From assembly GCA_039815375.1 (NCBI GenBank), contig JBCBZJ010000004.1:64001-128000 (forward strand): a stretch of DNA of 64,000 nucleotides. Reading direction: 5' to 3'. Below are positions 29,061-39,474 of this stretch, piece after piece; within the stretch, counting starts at the first letter, position 1; each line of letters starts with the position of its first letter. Below the pieces are notes generated by a model. It was given only the letters and a program-made list of their open reading frames with translations. It ran no database searches and was not told the origin of the DNA. The translations under genes were made by a program, and so were the position numbers. The stretch comes from Verrucomicrobiota bacterium. GTDB lineage: Bacteria; Verrucomicrobiota; Verrucomicrobiia; Opitutales; Coraliomargaritaceae.

Positions 29061-30872
29061 GTGGCGGCAGTTCTCCAGTATTTAAAAGATGGGCTGAAAG
29101 CCGCCAGAGACTACAACACGCTCGATTTCTTTCCCCTGCGCCACACGCTCGCGGGCTACAATGCTGGTAAAGTTCCGGGTGATCTGCGCGCAGGCCTTAA
29201 CGTAGCCCTGCTCGCCTTTCCTCAAGGCATGGCCTACGCGCTGATCGCCGGCCTACCAATCCAATATGGAATCTACGGTTCAGCCATCGCTGCGATGGTC
29301 GCTCCGATCTTTGCCCGGACCCGCTTCATCACACTTGGCCCGACTAATGCAACGTCCGTGATGCTTCTCAGTGTCTTTATCAGTTTGGGCATCGTTGGCA
29401 CAGAAATGCTTCGCATGGTGCCCCTACTCATTCTGCTCGTCGGCATCTTCATCCTTCTTGGCGCATACTTAAAAGTTGCTAATTTCATCCAGTATATTTC
29501 GCGCTCCGTGATCATAGGCTACATCACGGCTGCAGCACTACTGATTATCACCAACCAGATCCCCAAGTCACTCGGCCTGAAGATGGAGGGTAAAGGTGCG
29601 ACATTCTTCGAATCGGTCAGCTATATGTTGCCTGCGCTCGATACCATACACTGGGCGACGCTTTTTGTCAGCGTCGTGACTGCCGCGCTGTATATTATAC
29701 TCAACAAAAAGTTCAGAGCCTTGCCAAACGTTGCAATCTGCCTCGTCGCAATATCACTTTTCACAGAACTGACCTTGGGTAAGGACTCGGGTATCGTTTT
29801 TCTCAGCGGGATCGATGCAGGAAACTGGTCTTTCCAGGCACCTGAAATCTCCTTTGAAAAGGTCAAACTATTGGCCAGTCCGGCATTGGCCATCGCCCTG
29901 CTCTGCATCCTCGAAGGCATTTCCATCGGCAAGTCGCTGGCCGCAAAAACGGGCTCACGACTCGATGCGAACCAGGCCATGTTCTCCATCGGTATGGCAA
30001 ACGTGGGTTGCGCCTTCTTTTCCGGGATGCCAGCCTCCGGCTCTCTTACCCGCTCTACCCTCAGCACGAGTAGTGGCGGGCAAACCGTCCTCGCAAGCTA
30101 CATCAGCGGTGTGGTCGTTTTCATCGGGGCTTTCCTGCTCGGCTCCTACACCGCCTACATCCCACAGTGCACCCTGGCTGTGCTTGTCATCGCAATCGGC
30201 ATCTCACTCGTCAACAAACACGCCATACGCGTGGTAATGCGCACGACAAAATCGGATGCAGCCGTGTTTCTGATGACCTTCAGCAGCGGTATGATCCTCC
30301 CGCTCGATACCGCCATTTACGTCGGTGTCGGGACGTCGATCATGCTTTTCCTCAAGAAAGTCGCCCGCCCAGAGATGGTCGAATATGCCTTCAACAAAGA
30401 GGGCCAACTCGCGCAAACCAGCGAAACAGTCAGGCGCAGCACACCGGAAGTCTCAATCGTTCATGTCGAAGGCGAGCTCTTCTTCGGTGCGGCTGAACTT
30501 TTTCGCGACCAGATACGTCGAATTTGTGAGGACCCCAACCTGAAAATCGTCGTTCTCAAGATGCGCAATGCTTACAACATGGACGCTACCGGTGTAATGG
30601 CACTGGAAGAACTCGTCCGCTACATGAATGAAATGGGGCGCTATCTCATCCTCAGCGAAGCGAAGGATGACCTCATTCGCGTGCTCAAGAACTCAGGCCT
30701 CTACAGCTACATCGAAGAACGCAATATCTTCACTGACGACACTTCGAACCCTACCTTGTCCACTGCACGCGCCCTGAAACGTGCCAAAGAGCACCTTGGC
30801 GACACAGAGGCAAACGTTTCCATCTACGTCGATCCAATCAGCGATCAACAGAAGTCGCGGGGGCGAGACTGA
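29061..30872 (+). CDS. SulP-family anion transporter with STAS domain
   Basis: PQGMAYALIAGLP, GPTNATS, ASGSLTRS, EGELFFGAA, MDATG. Confidence 0.93.
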   Translation: MAAVLQYLKDGLKAARDYNTLDFFPLRHTLAGYNAGKVPGDLRAGLNVALLAFPQGMAYALIAGLPIQYGIYGSAIAAMVAPIFARTRFITLGPTNATSVMLLSVFISLGIVGTEMLRMVPLLILLVGIFILLGAYLKVANFIQYISRSVIIGYITAAALLIITNQIPKSLGLKMEGKGATFFESVSYMLPALDTIHWATLFVSVVTAALYIILNKKFRALPNVAICLVAISLFTELTLGKDSGIVFLSGIDAGNWSFQAPEISFEKVKLLASPALAIALLCILEGISIGKSLAAKTGSRLDANQAMFSIGMANVGCAFFSGMPASGSLTRSTLSTSSGGQTVLASYISGVVVFIGAFLLGSYTAYIPQCTLAVLVIAIGISLVNKHAIRVVMRTTKSDAAVFLMTFSSGMILPLDTAIYVGVGTSIMLFLKKVARPEMVEYAFNKEGQLAQTSETVRRSTPEVSIVHVEGELFFGAAELFRDQIRRICEDPNLKIVVLKMRNAYNMDATGVMALEELVRYMNEMGRYLILSEAKDDLIRVLKNSGLYSYIEERNIFTDDTSNPTLSTARALKRAKEHLGDTEANVSIYVDPISDQQKSRGRD

Positions 30873-31450
30873 TGCAGATCGTTTTCGTTCACGGCATCTG
30901 GGACACCGGACAAGTTTTCCGGCGCATGGCGAGCTTCCTCAAATCCTGCGGGCACGAGTGCCACACTCCAGACCTGATTCCCGCGAATGCAAAACTTGGA
31001 TTACCTGATCTCGCGCATAAGCTAAAGGCATTCATCAACGAGGATGTGGGCCCGGAATCCACCTTTGCCATGGTCGGCTTCAGTATGGGTGCGTTAATCA
31101 GTCGCTACTATCTTCAGGAGCTGGGAGGCACTGAGCAAGTAAGTCATTTTTTCAGTATTTCCGGGCCGCAGCACGGAACCCTGACCGCACATTTCTGGCT
31201 GGGTAAAGCAGCACGTGATATGCGTTTCGGCAGCCAATTTCTGGCGCAGCTAAACCGTGATACATCATCTATGGATTCGATTTCTGTCCGCACATACCGG
31301 ACACCCTTGGATCTGATGATCCTGCCGTCATCGAGTTCCAAGCTCGAAGGAGCGACGAATCGGAACTGCTACGCGGCTCTGCACCACCGGATGCTGGTCC
31401 AGCAATGTATCTTCCATGACATCGCAGAGAACTTGCCTAGTCCTGCCTGA
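30872..31450 (+). CDS. Small lipase/esterase (alpha/beta hydrolase)
   Basis: VFVHGI, GFSMG, PQHGT, DLMILP, late His. Confidence 0.88.
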   Translation: MQIVFVHGIWDTGQVFRRMASFLKSCGHECHTPDLIPANAKLGLPDLAHKLKAFINEDVGPESTFAMVGFSMGALISRYYLQELGGTEQVSHFFSISGPQHGTLTAHFWLGKAARDMRFGSQFLAQLNRDTSSMDSISVRTYRTPLDLMILPSSSSKLEGATNRNCYAALHHRMLVQQCIFHDIAENLPSPA

Positions 31451-32306
31451 GGCCTGCATTAATCTCGCCCTGCTCAACGCTCGCTTCCCGCGTGGATAGA
31501 GCATTCAAACGCTCGACCAAAGAGTCCTCTACATTCGATACGTATTCGCTGCGCTCTAGCAAATCCCTTGTCTCTTCTTCGATCTTTTGTTGGCGAGCCT
31601 CCAATTCAGACTCACGCTTTTTGAATTCAGCTTCGCGCTCTGCGTTGGCCTTTTCAATCGCTTCCGTATTAATAGCATCGACATAAGCCAACTTCTCGCT
31701 GGCCGTTTTCTCCATCTCGTTGAGTTCCGAGCGGCGTGCCGCCATCTCGAGGCGCTCCTTCTCCAGTTCCTTGCGCCCTTCCTCAATCTTCTTTTCGATG
31801 TCAAGGACCTCGCGGCGGCGTTCTTCGATATACTTCCGCTCCGAAGCGGTCAGCTTTCGTTCGGACTTTACCTGAGCCGGTTGATTGCCTGCTGCCTGAC
31901 TCTGCACAAAATAGGGCACCACCATCATCCGCCAAATCATCAGGTCCACGCCCGAAAGGGTGTGAACGTTGCCTTCCTTGTCTGCAAGCTTCACTCCCTT
32001 GATATCGAAAGCCTTAATCCTGGCAGGCTCTTTAATCGCGGTGCATATCAGATCACGCGATTCCGCAAGTTTCTTGGAAGGCGGCACAATGAAAATCATT
32101 GTTAAGTTTATACTAATGAAGCCCACAATCGCGAATGAAACAATCGCGATTGGCAACATATGCGTAAACGAATAGAAAACATAGGACAGCCCTATCGTAA
32201 AGACACCCACAAGAAACGCGGCGAGCGACACCCGCTTCGCAGAGTAACGCTCGTAGTAACGAGCTATACTTCCCTCGAGTTCGGCTATGGCATCTTTGCT
32301 GGACAT
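31437..32306 (-). CDS. Two-TM membrane protein with long C-terminal coiled coil
   Basis: Two hydrophobic helices at about aa 27-75; E/K/R-rich heptad region in the last 130 aa or so. Confidence 0.75.
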   Translation of the reverse strand: MSSKDAIAELEGSIARYYERYSAKRVSLAAFLVGVFTIGLSYVFYSFTHMLPIAIVSFAIVGFISINLTMIFIVPPSKKLAESRDLICTAIKEPARIKAFDIKGVKLADKEGNVHTLSGVDLMIWRMMVVPYFVQSQAAGNQPAQVKSERKLTASERKYIEERRREVLDIEKKIEEGRKELEKERLEMAARRSELNEMEKTASEKLAYVDAINTEAIEKANAEREAEFKKRESELEARQQKIEEETRDLLERSEYVSNVEDSLVERLNALSTREASVEQGEINAGLRQD

Positions 32307-32317
32307 CGTGTTCGGTT

Positions 32318-32929
32318 TTAAGCGCTGGCCTCCAAATCATAGATGGCATAACCGGAAAAAAGATTTGGCAAAAAAGAGCATTCGCTACGCCAGTTCCCTG
32401 CCAGGTGAACCTTATTCTCAACCCTGATTCCGCGTTCCAGGCAAAACTCCTCGAATTCGCTTACCGAGAAGGGATTTGCAGGTATCGCCGCATACCATGG
32501 ATCGGGGTAGACATCATTGATCGTGCGGCGTCCGCGAAGCATCGCGTTGACGCGGTTTATCCAGTAGCCTTGATTGACAAAACCAACCGTAACGCGTTTA
32601 CCGACTCGCAGGCCCTCGGCTAGAGTCGCCGCAGGATCATCCAACTGCTCCACCGTCCGACTGAAGATAACACGGTCGAAAGCATCATCCGGAAAACTGG
32701 CCAATACCTCATTCACATCGCCTTGATATACTGGCACGCCGCGTTTTACACAGCTCAAAATTTTGTCAAAATCAATGTCTACGCCAACACCGTAAGTGCC
32801 TTTGGTCTGTTTCAAGTACTCCAGTAGGACGCCACGACCACAACCCAAATCGAGCACGCGATCACCCTCGGCCACCCATTGGGCGATGACCTGAAAGTCA
32901 ACTTGGCGCTTTTTTGCATTAGCGTTCAT
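32318..32929 (-). CDS. metW: Methionine biosynthesis protein MetW
   Basis: RVLDLGCGRG SAM motif, FPDDAFDRVI, LRVGK; directly downstream of metX. Confidence 0.88.
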   Translation of the reverse strand: MNANAKKRQVDFQVIAQWVAEGDRVLDLGCGRGVLLEYLKQTKGTYGVGVDIDFDKILSCVKRGVPVYQGDVNEVLASFPDDAFDRVIFSRTVEQLDDPAATLAEGLRVGKRVTVGFVNQGYWINRVNAMLRGRRTINDVYPDPWYAAIPANPFSVSEFEEFCLERGIRVENKVHLAGNWRSECSFLPNLFSGYAIYDLEASA

Positions 32930-32934
32930 AGCGA

Positions 32935-34071
32935 TTAACGGGAGAGGAAGTTACGAATGAGATCGTAGAGCTTCGGTGTGCGAAGCAGAAAGGAATCATG
33001 CCCCGCATCCATCTCAAGCTCTGCGTAGGTCGCGTCCTTACCGAGACGCAGTAAAGACTCAACGACCTCCCGATTCGCCTGAGGTGGGTAGAGCCAATCC
33101 GATGTGAAGCCAACCACAAGCCCAGGTGCTGTAACCGCTGCCAGGGTCGTATCGAGAGAAACCGGGCTATGTAAATCGAAGCGGTCCAGTGCCTTAGTCA
33201 GGTAAAGATAGGTGTTGGCATCAAAGCGTGAGACAAAGGCTTGGCCCTGATAACGTAGATAACTCTCCACCTCGAATTCCACGTCGAAATGTTCCTTGGC
33301 TTCATTCTTCCGGCGCTTGCGCCCGAACTTCGCCTCAAGCCCTGCGTCTGAAAGGTAGGTGATGTGGGCCATCATACGGGCTACAGAAAGCCCCTGAGCG
33401 GGCTGCTCACCGTCGGGATAGTTACCGTTCATCCAAGCAGGATCACTGATAATCGCCTGACGGCCTGTATCATTAAAAGCAATGGCTTGCGCATTGTGCC
33501 GTGCGCAACACGCCAGCGCGATGTAGCTGCCCACCCGATCAGGATAGTCGATGGCCCATTGTAGAGTCTGCATGCCTCCCATGCTCCCACCGACGACGGA
33601 ATGCAGGCGGTCGATTTCGAGGTAGTCGAGCAACATCGCCTGTGCCTTTACCATGTCACGCACGGTAAGTTTGGGAAAGCCGAGGTTATAGCGTTGACCA
33701 GTCGCTGGATTGATCGACTCCGGACCGGTCGAACCGCTACAGCCACCCAGCACGTTAGAGCAAACCACAAAATACTTTTTCGTATCGATGGGCCTTCCCG
33801 GACCAACCATGAAGTTCCACCAGCCATGTTTACGGTCGTCGGCGCTATGTACCCCGGCGCAATGGTGGTTTCCTGTCAGAGCATGACAAATGAGAACCGT
33901 ATTGTCCTTTGCTGGATTCAACCGTCCATAGGTCTCATAGCGAAGCCTTAGTTCAGGGATGCTGCCACCCGACTCGAACACAAATGGCTCATGGGAAACA
34001 AAATCCTGATACTCAACAATGCCGACTTCTCCCTCGACCGGGAGTTGTGCTGCCTGTGACGAATCGTTCAT
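32935..34071 (-). CDS. metX: Homoserine O-acyltransferase MetX
   Basis: YETYGRLN, LICHALTG, NVLGGCSGSTGP, GGSMGGMQ, RFDANTY, GHDSFL. Confidence 0.95.
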   Translation of the reverse strand: MNDSSQAAQLPVEGEVGIVEYQDFVSHEPFVFESGGSIPELRLRYETYGRLNPAKDNTVLICHALTGNHHCAGVHSADDRKHGWWNFMVGPGRPIDTKKYFVVCSNVLGGCSGSTGPESINPATGQRYNLGFPKLTVRDMVKAQAMLLDYLEIDRLHSVVGGSMGGMQTLQWAIDYPDRVGSYIALACCARHNAQAIAFNDTGRQAIISDPAWMNGNYPDGEQPAQGLSVARMMAHITYLSDAGLEAKFGRKRRKNEAKEHFDVEFEVESYLRYQGQAFVSRFDANTYLYLTKALDRFDLHSPVSLDTTLAAVTAPGLVVGFTSDWLYPPQANREVVESLLRLGKDATYAELEMDAGHDSFLLRTPKLYDLIRNFLSR

Positions 34072-34164
34072 GCAAAGAATAAGGCTAAACAAAAGGGCTA
34101 TGGTTTACTAGACCTCAAATCCAGTTCAAAAGTTGATGGCTTCATGCCATGGAAGGAACACTAT

Positions 34165-34989
34165 TCACAATACCGGTTGAAATCCTTTACGATACTTGGC
34201 CGGAGAGACACCAACGAGCTGCTTGAACTGTCGACTGAAGAAGTAGATATCCTTGTAACCGAGTGATTCGGCAATTTCACCGACGCGGAGATGGCTACTC
34301 TCGAGATAACGGCGTGCTTCGATGATCTTACAATGAATCAGGAACTTCCGCGGAGGCTGGCCAACCTGACGGGTGAATTCACGGTCAAAGTGCGAACGCG
34401 ACGCTCCCAATTCAGAGGCGAAGCGCTCAATCGAATCGACCGAGGCAGGGTCTTCGCGAAAAACACGCAGCGCGGTGCTCACTGCGGGACTCAGAGCCAA
34501 TTCGGGTGAGACTTCCGGAGAACCTGCTAACGTCATGATCAGTTCATAGAGTTTTCGGGCGAGAACCGTGTCGTCCTCTCGTCGCATTGCGATCCGCATA
34601 ATCGCATCGATCTGACGCTGCGCATACTCCAGGTTTTCCACCTCTCCACCAAGTAGCGGCAGACCTTCCACCTGCTCTCTTTGAAGACCATTTTTGCTCG
34701 GAAAGAAGTGTGCCGAGAAGCGTGTGATCCTCGGACCAATGTAGTGCGCCGCAGAAATATTCTGCCGTGGAGAAAAGATAAAAAAACGACCAGGCCGTAT
34801 GCGAAAAGTCCGCCCATCACAGCTCAAATATCCATCGCCGCCCAAAGCTAGCCAAAAGTTAAAATGGCCGTCTCCAGCAGTCTTCCACCTCCAGTATTCT
34901 ACTTCAGTGCAGAGGTAAGGGAACCAAGGCCGGTCAACCAACTGGATGGCATCAAAAGCGCCATTTAAATCGTATCCAGACTTACACAC
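34165..34989 (-). CDS. AraC-family transcriptional regulator, divergent from the uronate operon (start uncertain)
   Basis: Cupin-like N-terminus; SRSHFDREF…; IAESLGYKDIYFFSRQFKQLVGVSPAKYR. Confidence 0.88.
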   Translation of the reverse strand: MCKSGYDLNGAFDAIQLVDRPWFPYLCTEVEYWRWKTAGDGHFNFWLALGGDGYLSCDGRTFRIRPGRFFIFSPRQNISAAHYIGPRITRFSAHFFPSKNGLQREQVEGLPLLGGEVENLEYAQRQIDAIMRIAMRREDDTVLARKLYELIMTLAGSPEVSPELALSPAVSTALRVFREDPASVDSIERFASELGASRSHFDREFTRQVGQPPRKFLIHCKIIEARRYLESSHLRVGEIAESLGYKDIYFFSRQFKQLVGVSPAKYRKGFQPVL

Positions 34990-35064
34990 AGAATGAGGAA
35001 ATAATACAAGTTTATGCTGGAGCAATCCATTTATCAATCTCTCCCTATATGATATTCTAGTCTC

Positions 35065-35850
35065 ATGACTTCCTCCGAATACCTTCAATCTATCTTCTCT
35101 GTAGAAGGCAAAGTAGCTGTCGTCATTGGCGGCACTGGCGAACTCTGTGGAACCATGGCTGAGGGCCTCGCCTCTGCCGGTGCCGAAACCGTGCTGGTTG
35201 GTCGAAGCGAAGAAAAAGCTGCGGTGCGCCTTTCCAGGATCGATGACTCAGGAGGCAAAGCTTATTTTGAACAAGTAGACGTCAATTCCAAGGAATCCAT
35301 CCAAACTCTGCTCAATACGGTTCTCGAAAAGTCCGGCAAAGTCGATATTCTGATCAATGGAGCGGGCGTGAATTCACCCACGCCAATCTTCGATATCGAG
35401 GAAGATGAGTTTGACCGGATCCTCGACACAAACCTAAAGGCTGTGCTGTTCGCCTCACAGATCTTTGGCAAATACCTGGTCGAGCGCGGCGAAGGCGGCA
35501 GCATCATCAACATTGGTTCTATGAGCGGCATCATTCCGCTCTCTCGAGTCTTTACTTACTCCGCAACCAAAGCCGCCGTTCACAACCTCTCTAAAAATCT
35601 CGCTCGCGAATGGGCCGCGTCCAATGTGCGCGTCAATACGATCGTTCCCGGGTTCTTCCCGGCCGAGCAGAACAAAAAGGTGCTTACTCCGGATCGTGTC
35701 GCCAGCATCATGGGGCACACACCCGCTAACCGTTTCGGCGAGGCGCATGAGTTGGTCGGAGCCACCCTGCTGCTTGCCTCAGATGCCTCCAGCTTTATGA
35801 ATGGCGCAGAGCTGGTCGTCGACGGAGGCTATGCCTCAATGACAATCTAG
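35065..35850 (+). CDS. uxuB: SDR oxidoreductase, D-mannonate oxidoreductase/fructuronate reductase-like
   Basis: [48 protein letters not shown] resemble the Bacillus/Bacteroides-type SDR UxuB; next to uxaC. Confidence 0.75.
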   Translation: MTSSEYLQSIFSVEGKVAVVIGGTGELCGTMAEGLASAGAETVLVGRSEEKAAVRLSRIDDSGGKAYFEQVDVNSKESIQTLLNTVLEKSGKVDILINGAGVNSPTPIFDIEEDEFDRILDTNLKAVLFASQIFGKYLVERGEGGSIINIGSMSGIIPLSRVFTYSATKAAVHNLSKNLAREWAASNVRVNTIVPGFFPAEQNKKVLTPDRVASIMGHTPANRFGEAHELVGATLLLASDASSFMNGAELVVDGGYASMTI

Positions 35851-35856
35851 TCCACT

Positions 35857-37269
35857 TTGACTACGGTGAACTACCTGAACAAAGATTTCCTCCTCCCGAA
35901 TGAGACCGCCCAGCGTCTCTTTCACGAAGTCGCGGCCGAACAACCGATCATTGACTACCACTGCCACCTGATTCCCGAGGAGGTGGCCGCTGACGTCAGT
36001 TTCGAAAGCATTACACAAATCTGGCTGAGCGGCGACCATTACAAGTGGCGTGCCATGCGCGCCGCAGGCGAGTCCGAAGCACTCATCACCGGCGATGCTG
36101 ATCCGAAGGACAAGTTCCTTGCTTGGGCGAGAACTGTTCCGCAGACCGTCCGTAATCCCCTCCATCACTGGACACACCTTGAACTTCAGCGCTATTTCGA
36201 TTGCGAATTAGTGCTCAACCCCGATACGGCAGAAGAGATCTGGGAGCTGACCAATGCTAAACTTGCGGGACCCGAATTCACCAGCCAGTGCATTCTGAAG
36301 AAGTTTGACGTGCGCGTCGTGGGCACGACCGACGACCCTACCGATTCACTGAAGCACCATCAGACTTTTGCGGGCAGCCACCACCCCACCAGGATGTTCC
36401 CGACCTACCGCCCGGACAAAGGGATGATCACGAACGACCCCGACGCTTGGAATATATGGACCGATAAACTCGCAGAGGCCTCCAAGCAATCGATTCACTC
36501 TGCAACCGATTTCCTGGCCGCGCTCAAGGAGCGGCACGACTTCTTTCATGACAACGGCTGCCGCCTGACCGACCACGGTCTCGAAGGCTGCCCGTTCATT
36601 CCATGCAGCGATGTTCAGGCTGAAGCGATTTACAAGAAACTCCGAAATAGCGACAAACCGACTGCAGACGAAGCCGAACAATGGATGACCTTTGTACTCC
36701 AGAAAGTTGGTCGCTGGAATGTCGAAAAGGGCTGGACGATGCAACTTCACCTGGGACCGATCCGGAACAACAATACGCAGATGTTTGAAAAGCTTGGACC
36801 GGATACTGGATACGATTCCATGCTCGATGAGCCTGTCGCTCGAAAGATGGTCGGCTTGCTCGATAGCCTCGCCATAAACGACGCCCTCCCGAAATGCATT
36901 TTTTATCATATCAACCCTTCGCAGCTCTATCCCCTTGCTACGCTGATGGGAAGCTTTCAGGACGGAAAGACCCCCGGCAAAATGCAGCTCGGCTCCGGCT
37001 GGTGGCATGTCGATACACTCCATGGGATGCGCACGCAGATCGAAACACTCTCCAGCGTTGGACTGTTGAGTCAGTTTGTCGGCATGCTGACTGACTCGCG
37101 CAGCTTCCTTAGCTATCCACGCCATGAATACTTTCGCCGCCTGCTATGCGGCATCATCGGTAATGATGTCGATGCTGGCCTCATTCCCGACGATAAAGAC
37201 CTCCTTGATTCCCTCGTAAGCGGCATCTGCTACGAAAACGCAAACCGCTATTTCAACTTCCCCGCATAA
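35857..37269 (+). CDS. uxaC: Glucuronate (uronate) isomerase
   Basis: PIIDYHCHL, GDHYKWRAMR, NPLHHWTHLEL, TTDDP, GMLTDSRSFLSYPRHEYFRR. Confidence 0.97.
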   Translation: MTTVNYLNKDFLLPNETAQRLFHEVAAEQPIIDYHCHLIPEEVAADVSFESITQIWLSGDHYKWRAMRAAGESEALITGDADPKDKFLAWARTVPQTVRNPLHHWTHLELQRYFDCELVLNPDTAEEIWELTNAKLAGPEFTSQCILKKFDVRVVGTTDDPTDSLKHHQTFAGSHHPTRMFPTYRPDKGMITNDPDAWNIWTDKLAEASKQSIHSATDFLAALKERHDFFHDNGCRLTDHGLEGCPFIPCSDVQAEAIYKKLRNSDKPTADEAEQWMTFVLQKVGRWNVEKGWTMQLHLGPIRNNNTQMFEKLGPDTGYDSMLDEPVARKMVGLLDSLAINDALPKCIFYHINPSQLYPLATLMGSFQDGKTPGKMQLGSGWWHVDTLHGMRTQIETLSSVGLLSQFVGMLTDSRSFLSYPRHEYFRRLLCGIIGNDVDAGLIPDDKDLLDSLVSGICYENANRYFNFPA

Positions 37270-37275
37270 GTTATC

Positions 37276-38262
37276 ATGCTTCGTATACTACTCACCACCA
37301 CTTCCTATCAGGACACACCGGGCCCACATCACGAGCTGCTTGAAAGCATCGGCGCAGAAATCGTGCGCGAGCGCGGCCCACTCCCCGAATCCCGCATGCT
37401 GGAACTCGCCGGCGAGTTCGACGCATTCCTTTGCGGTGACGACGAGATCACACAAGCCGTAATCGACAAGTCTCTGCCACGCCTCAAAATCATAGCCAAA
37501 TATGGCATTGGCGTCGACAAAATCGATGTAAGCTACGCCAGCGAAAAAGACATTCCCGTCAGCTTCTGCCCCGGCGTGAATCACACGACCGTCGCGGAGC
37601 ATGTCTTCATGCTCCTACTTGCGCTCAACAAGAATCTGATGGAACAGGCCAACGCAACTGCATCCGGCGGATGGAAACGCATGACCGGCCACGAGATCAT
37701 GGGCAAGACGATCGGTATTATCGGCTTGGGCCGAATCGGGCGCGAAGTTGCAATCCGTGCCAACGCATTCGGCATGAACTGCATCGGCTACGACCTCTAC
37801 TGGCCCGAGGAATTTGCAGTGCAGCATAATATCAAGCGGATGGATGGCGTCACCCAACTTCTACGTGCCAGCGACATTGTTTCGCTCCACACGAATTTGA
37901 CTGAAGAGACCCGTGACATGATTTGCGAAGTATCGATCAAAAACATGAAAGACGGTGCGATTCTGATCAACTGCGGCCGCGGCGAACTCACAAACACGGC
38001 CGACATCGCAGTGGCACTCGAAAGCGGGAAGCTCGGTGGCTACGGCGCTGACGTGCTGGATCAGGAGCCGCCACCCGCAGACCATCCGCTGCTCGGTGCG
38101 AAGAATTGTATTATCACGCCACACGTCGGCTCACGAACCTACGAAAGCGTCCAGCGCCAAGCAGGCATGGCCACGCAAAATCTCGTGAATCTGCTCAAGG
38201 GCGAAAAGGCCTTGGCCCAAGTTAACTCGGAAGTCGAACCACCTACAGCTTTACTCAAGTAG
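37276..38262 (+). CDS. D-isomer-specific 2-hydroxyacid dehydrogenase (PGDH-like, no ACT domain)
   Basis: YGIGVDKID, GLGRIG, INCGRG (Arg), DVLDQEP (Glu), TPHVG (His). Confidence 0.9.
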   Translation: MLRILLTTTSYQDTPGPHHELLESIGAEIVRERGPLPESRMLELAGEFDAFLCGDDEITQAVIDKSLPRLKIIAKYGIGVDKIDVSYASEKDIPVSFCPGVNHTTVAEHVFMLLLALNKNLMEQANATASGGWKRMTGHEIMGKTIGIIGLGRIGREVAIRANAFGMNCIGYDLYWPEEFAVQHNIKRMDGVTQLLRASDIVSLHTNLTEETRDMICEVSIKNMKDGAILINCGRGELTNTADIAVALESGKLGGYGADVLDQEPPPADHPLLGAKNCIITPHVGSRTYESVQRQAGMATQNLVNLLKGEKALAQVNSEVEPPTALLK

Positions 38263-38266
38263 ACCC

Positions 38267-38321
38267 ATCGCAATCCTAATCGCAATCGAACTTGATCATG
38301 ACCCGGGTCGATTTCGATTTG
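38267..38321. repeat. Hexamer repeat element (ATCGNA)n with inverted partner
   Basis: ATCGCA ATCCTA ATCGCA ATCGAA … TCGATT TCGATT in the intergenic spacer. Confidence 0.5.
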
Positions 38322-38379
38322 AAAAGCGTAGAGCCCAAAATCTTCAAGCTTCCTAACATCTACACTCCTTAACTTAGAC

Positions 38380-39474
38380 ATGTCCGAAACATTCTACATC
38401 GTTCCAAAAGAACAGCACAATGATCTCGTCAAAAACGCGTATCAACATCGTGGATACACTGCAGACGAAGCAGCACAAGCTGCCCGCTTTTCCGAGTTTG
38501 CCGCGCACCACGGGATCCGCACACACAATGCAATCAAGGCACTCCATCTAGACCATCTCTTTGGCAGTGCAACCGGTGGCTGTGTGCCCGCAGCACAAAT
38601 CGAGAAACTTGATTCAAAATTCGAAGCCAGCCAGATCTGGAACGCCAACAAAAAACTTGGACAGGCGACGGCCTACGAGGCAATTGACGAGTGCATTGCA
38701 CTCGCGGACAAATACGGCATCGGCCAAATCTCTGTGGATAACGCCTTCCACTACCTATGGGGTGGCGGTTACGTCATGGAAGCCGCCAAACGCGGCTACA
38801 TCGCCTACACAAACTGCACCGCAGCACTTGCGGAGGTCGTTCCTTTCATGGGCAAATATCCGACACTCGGCACCAACCCCCATAGCTGGGGCTTTCCGAC
38901 AACGGACGCGGTGGGCTTCCCTATCGTAATTGACTGGGCCACCTCCGTCATCGCAATGGGCCGTGTCCAGCAATTCCTCCGGGAAGGTGCACCCCTTCCT
39001 CCGAATGCAGCCGTCGACAAAGATGGCAACATGACTACCGATGCAAACGAAGTTGCCGCACTCACCACTTTCGGAGCCCACAAGGGCTACGGCCTCTCCC
39101 TCATCAACGAGCTCGTCGGGGCATTCATTGGCGGCAGCTTGCCGACTCTGCGCAGCCGCGAGATTCCGGAAGGTGAGAAGCGCACACCGGTCTTCTACTT
39201 CCAAGTCATCCATCCGGACGCCATTAGTGGCGGTGCCTTCGCTCAAGGTCGCAATCAGGCCGACAACGTCAAGGCTGTGATCAAAGACATCCTCGGTCAC
39301 GGCAACGAAAACTGCCTCCTTCCAGGCCAACTCGAAGCAAAATGGGCCGAGCGCGTCGTAAAGGCAGGCGGCCTACTCTTCACCGAGGCCGAGATCGAGG
39401 CCTTTAACGAGCTCGCCGAAGAGTGCGGAATAGCAAAATTGATTCTAAGTTCTTTTCAAAGCGAAGCGAACTAA
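38380..39474 (+). CDS. Ldh_2-family (malate/L-lactate/YiaK/AllD-like) oxidoreductase
   Basis: HGIRTHN, NAFHY, LGTNP, IDWATS, HKGYGLSLINE, LPG. Confidence 0.9.
   Translation: MSETFYIVPKEQHNDLVKNAYQHRGYTADEAAQAARFSEFAAHHGIRTHNAIKALHLDHLFGSATGGCVPAAQIEKLDSKFEASQIWNANKKLGQATAYEAIDECIALADKYGIGQISVDNAFHYLWGGGYVMEAAKRGYIAYTNCTAALAEVVPFMGKYPTLGTNPHSWGFPTTDAVGFPIVIDWATSVIAMGRVQQFLREGAPLPPNAAVDKDGNMTTDANEVAALTTFGAHKGYGLSLINELVGAFIGGSLPTLRSREIPEGEKRTPVFYFQVIHPDAISGGAFAQGRNQADNVKAVIKDILGHGNENCLLPGQLEAKWAERVVKAGGLLFTEAEIEAFNELAEECGIAKLILSSFQSEAN

Noticed and set aside
34072..34164. Possible SAM riboswitch upstream of metX
   Set aside because: The spacer is only about 90 bp and I cannot find SAM-I, SAM-II or SAM-V core motifs; an Rfam scan would settle it.
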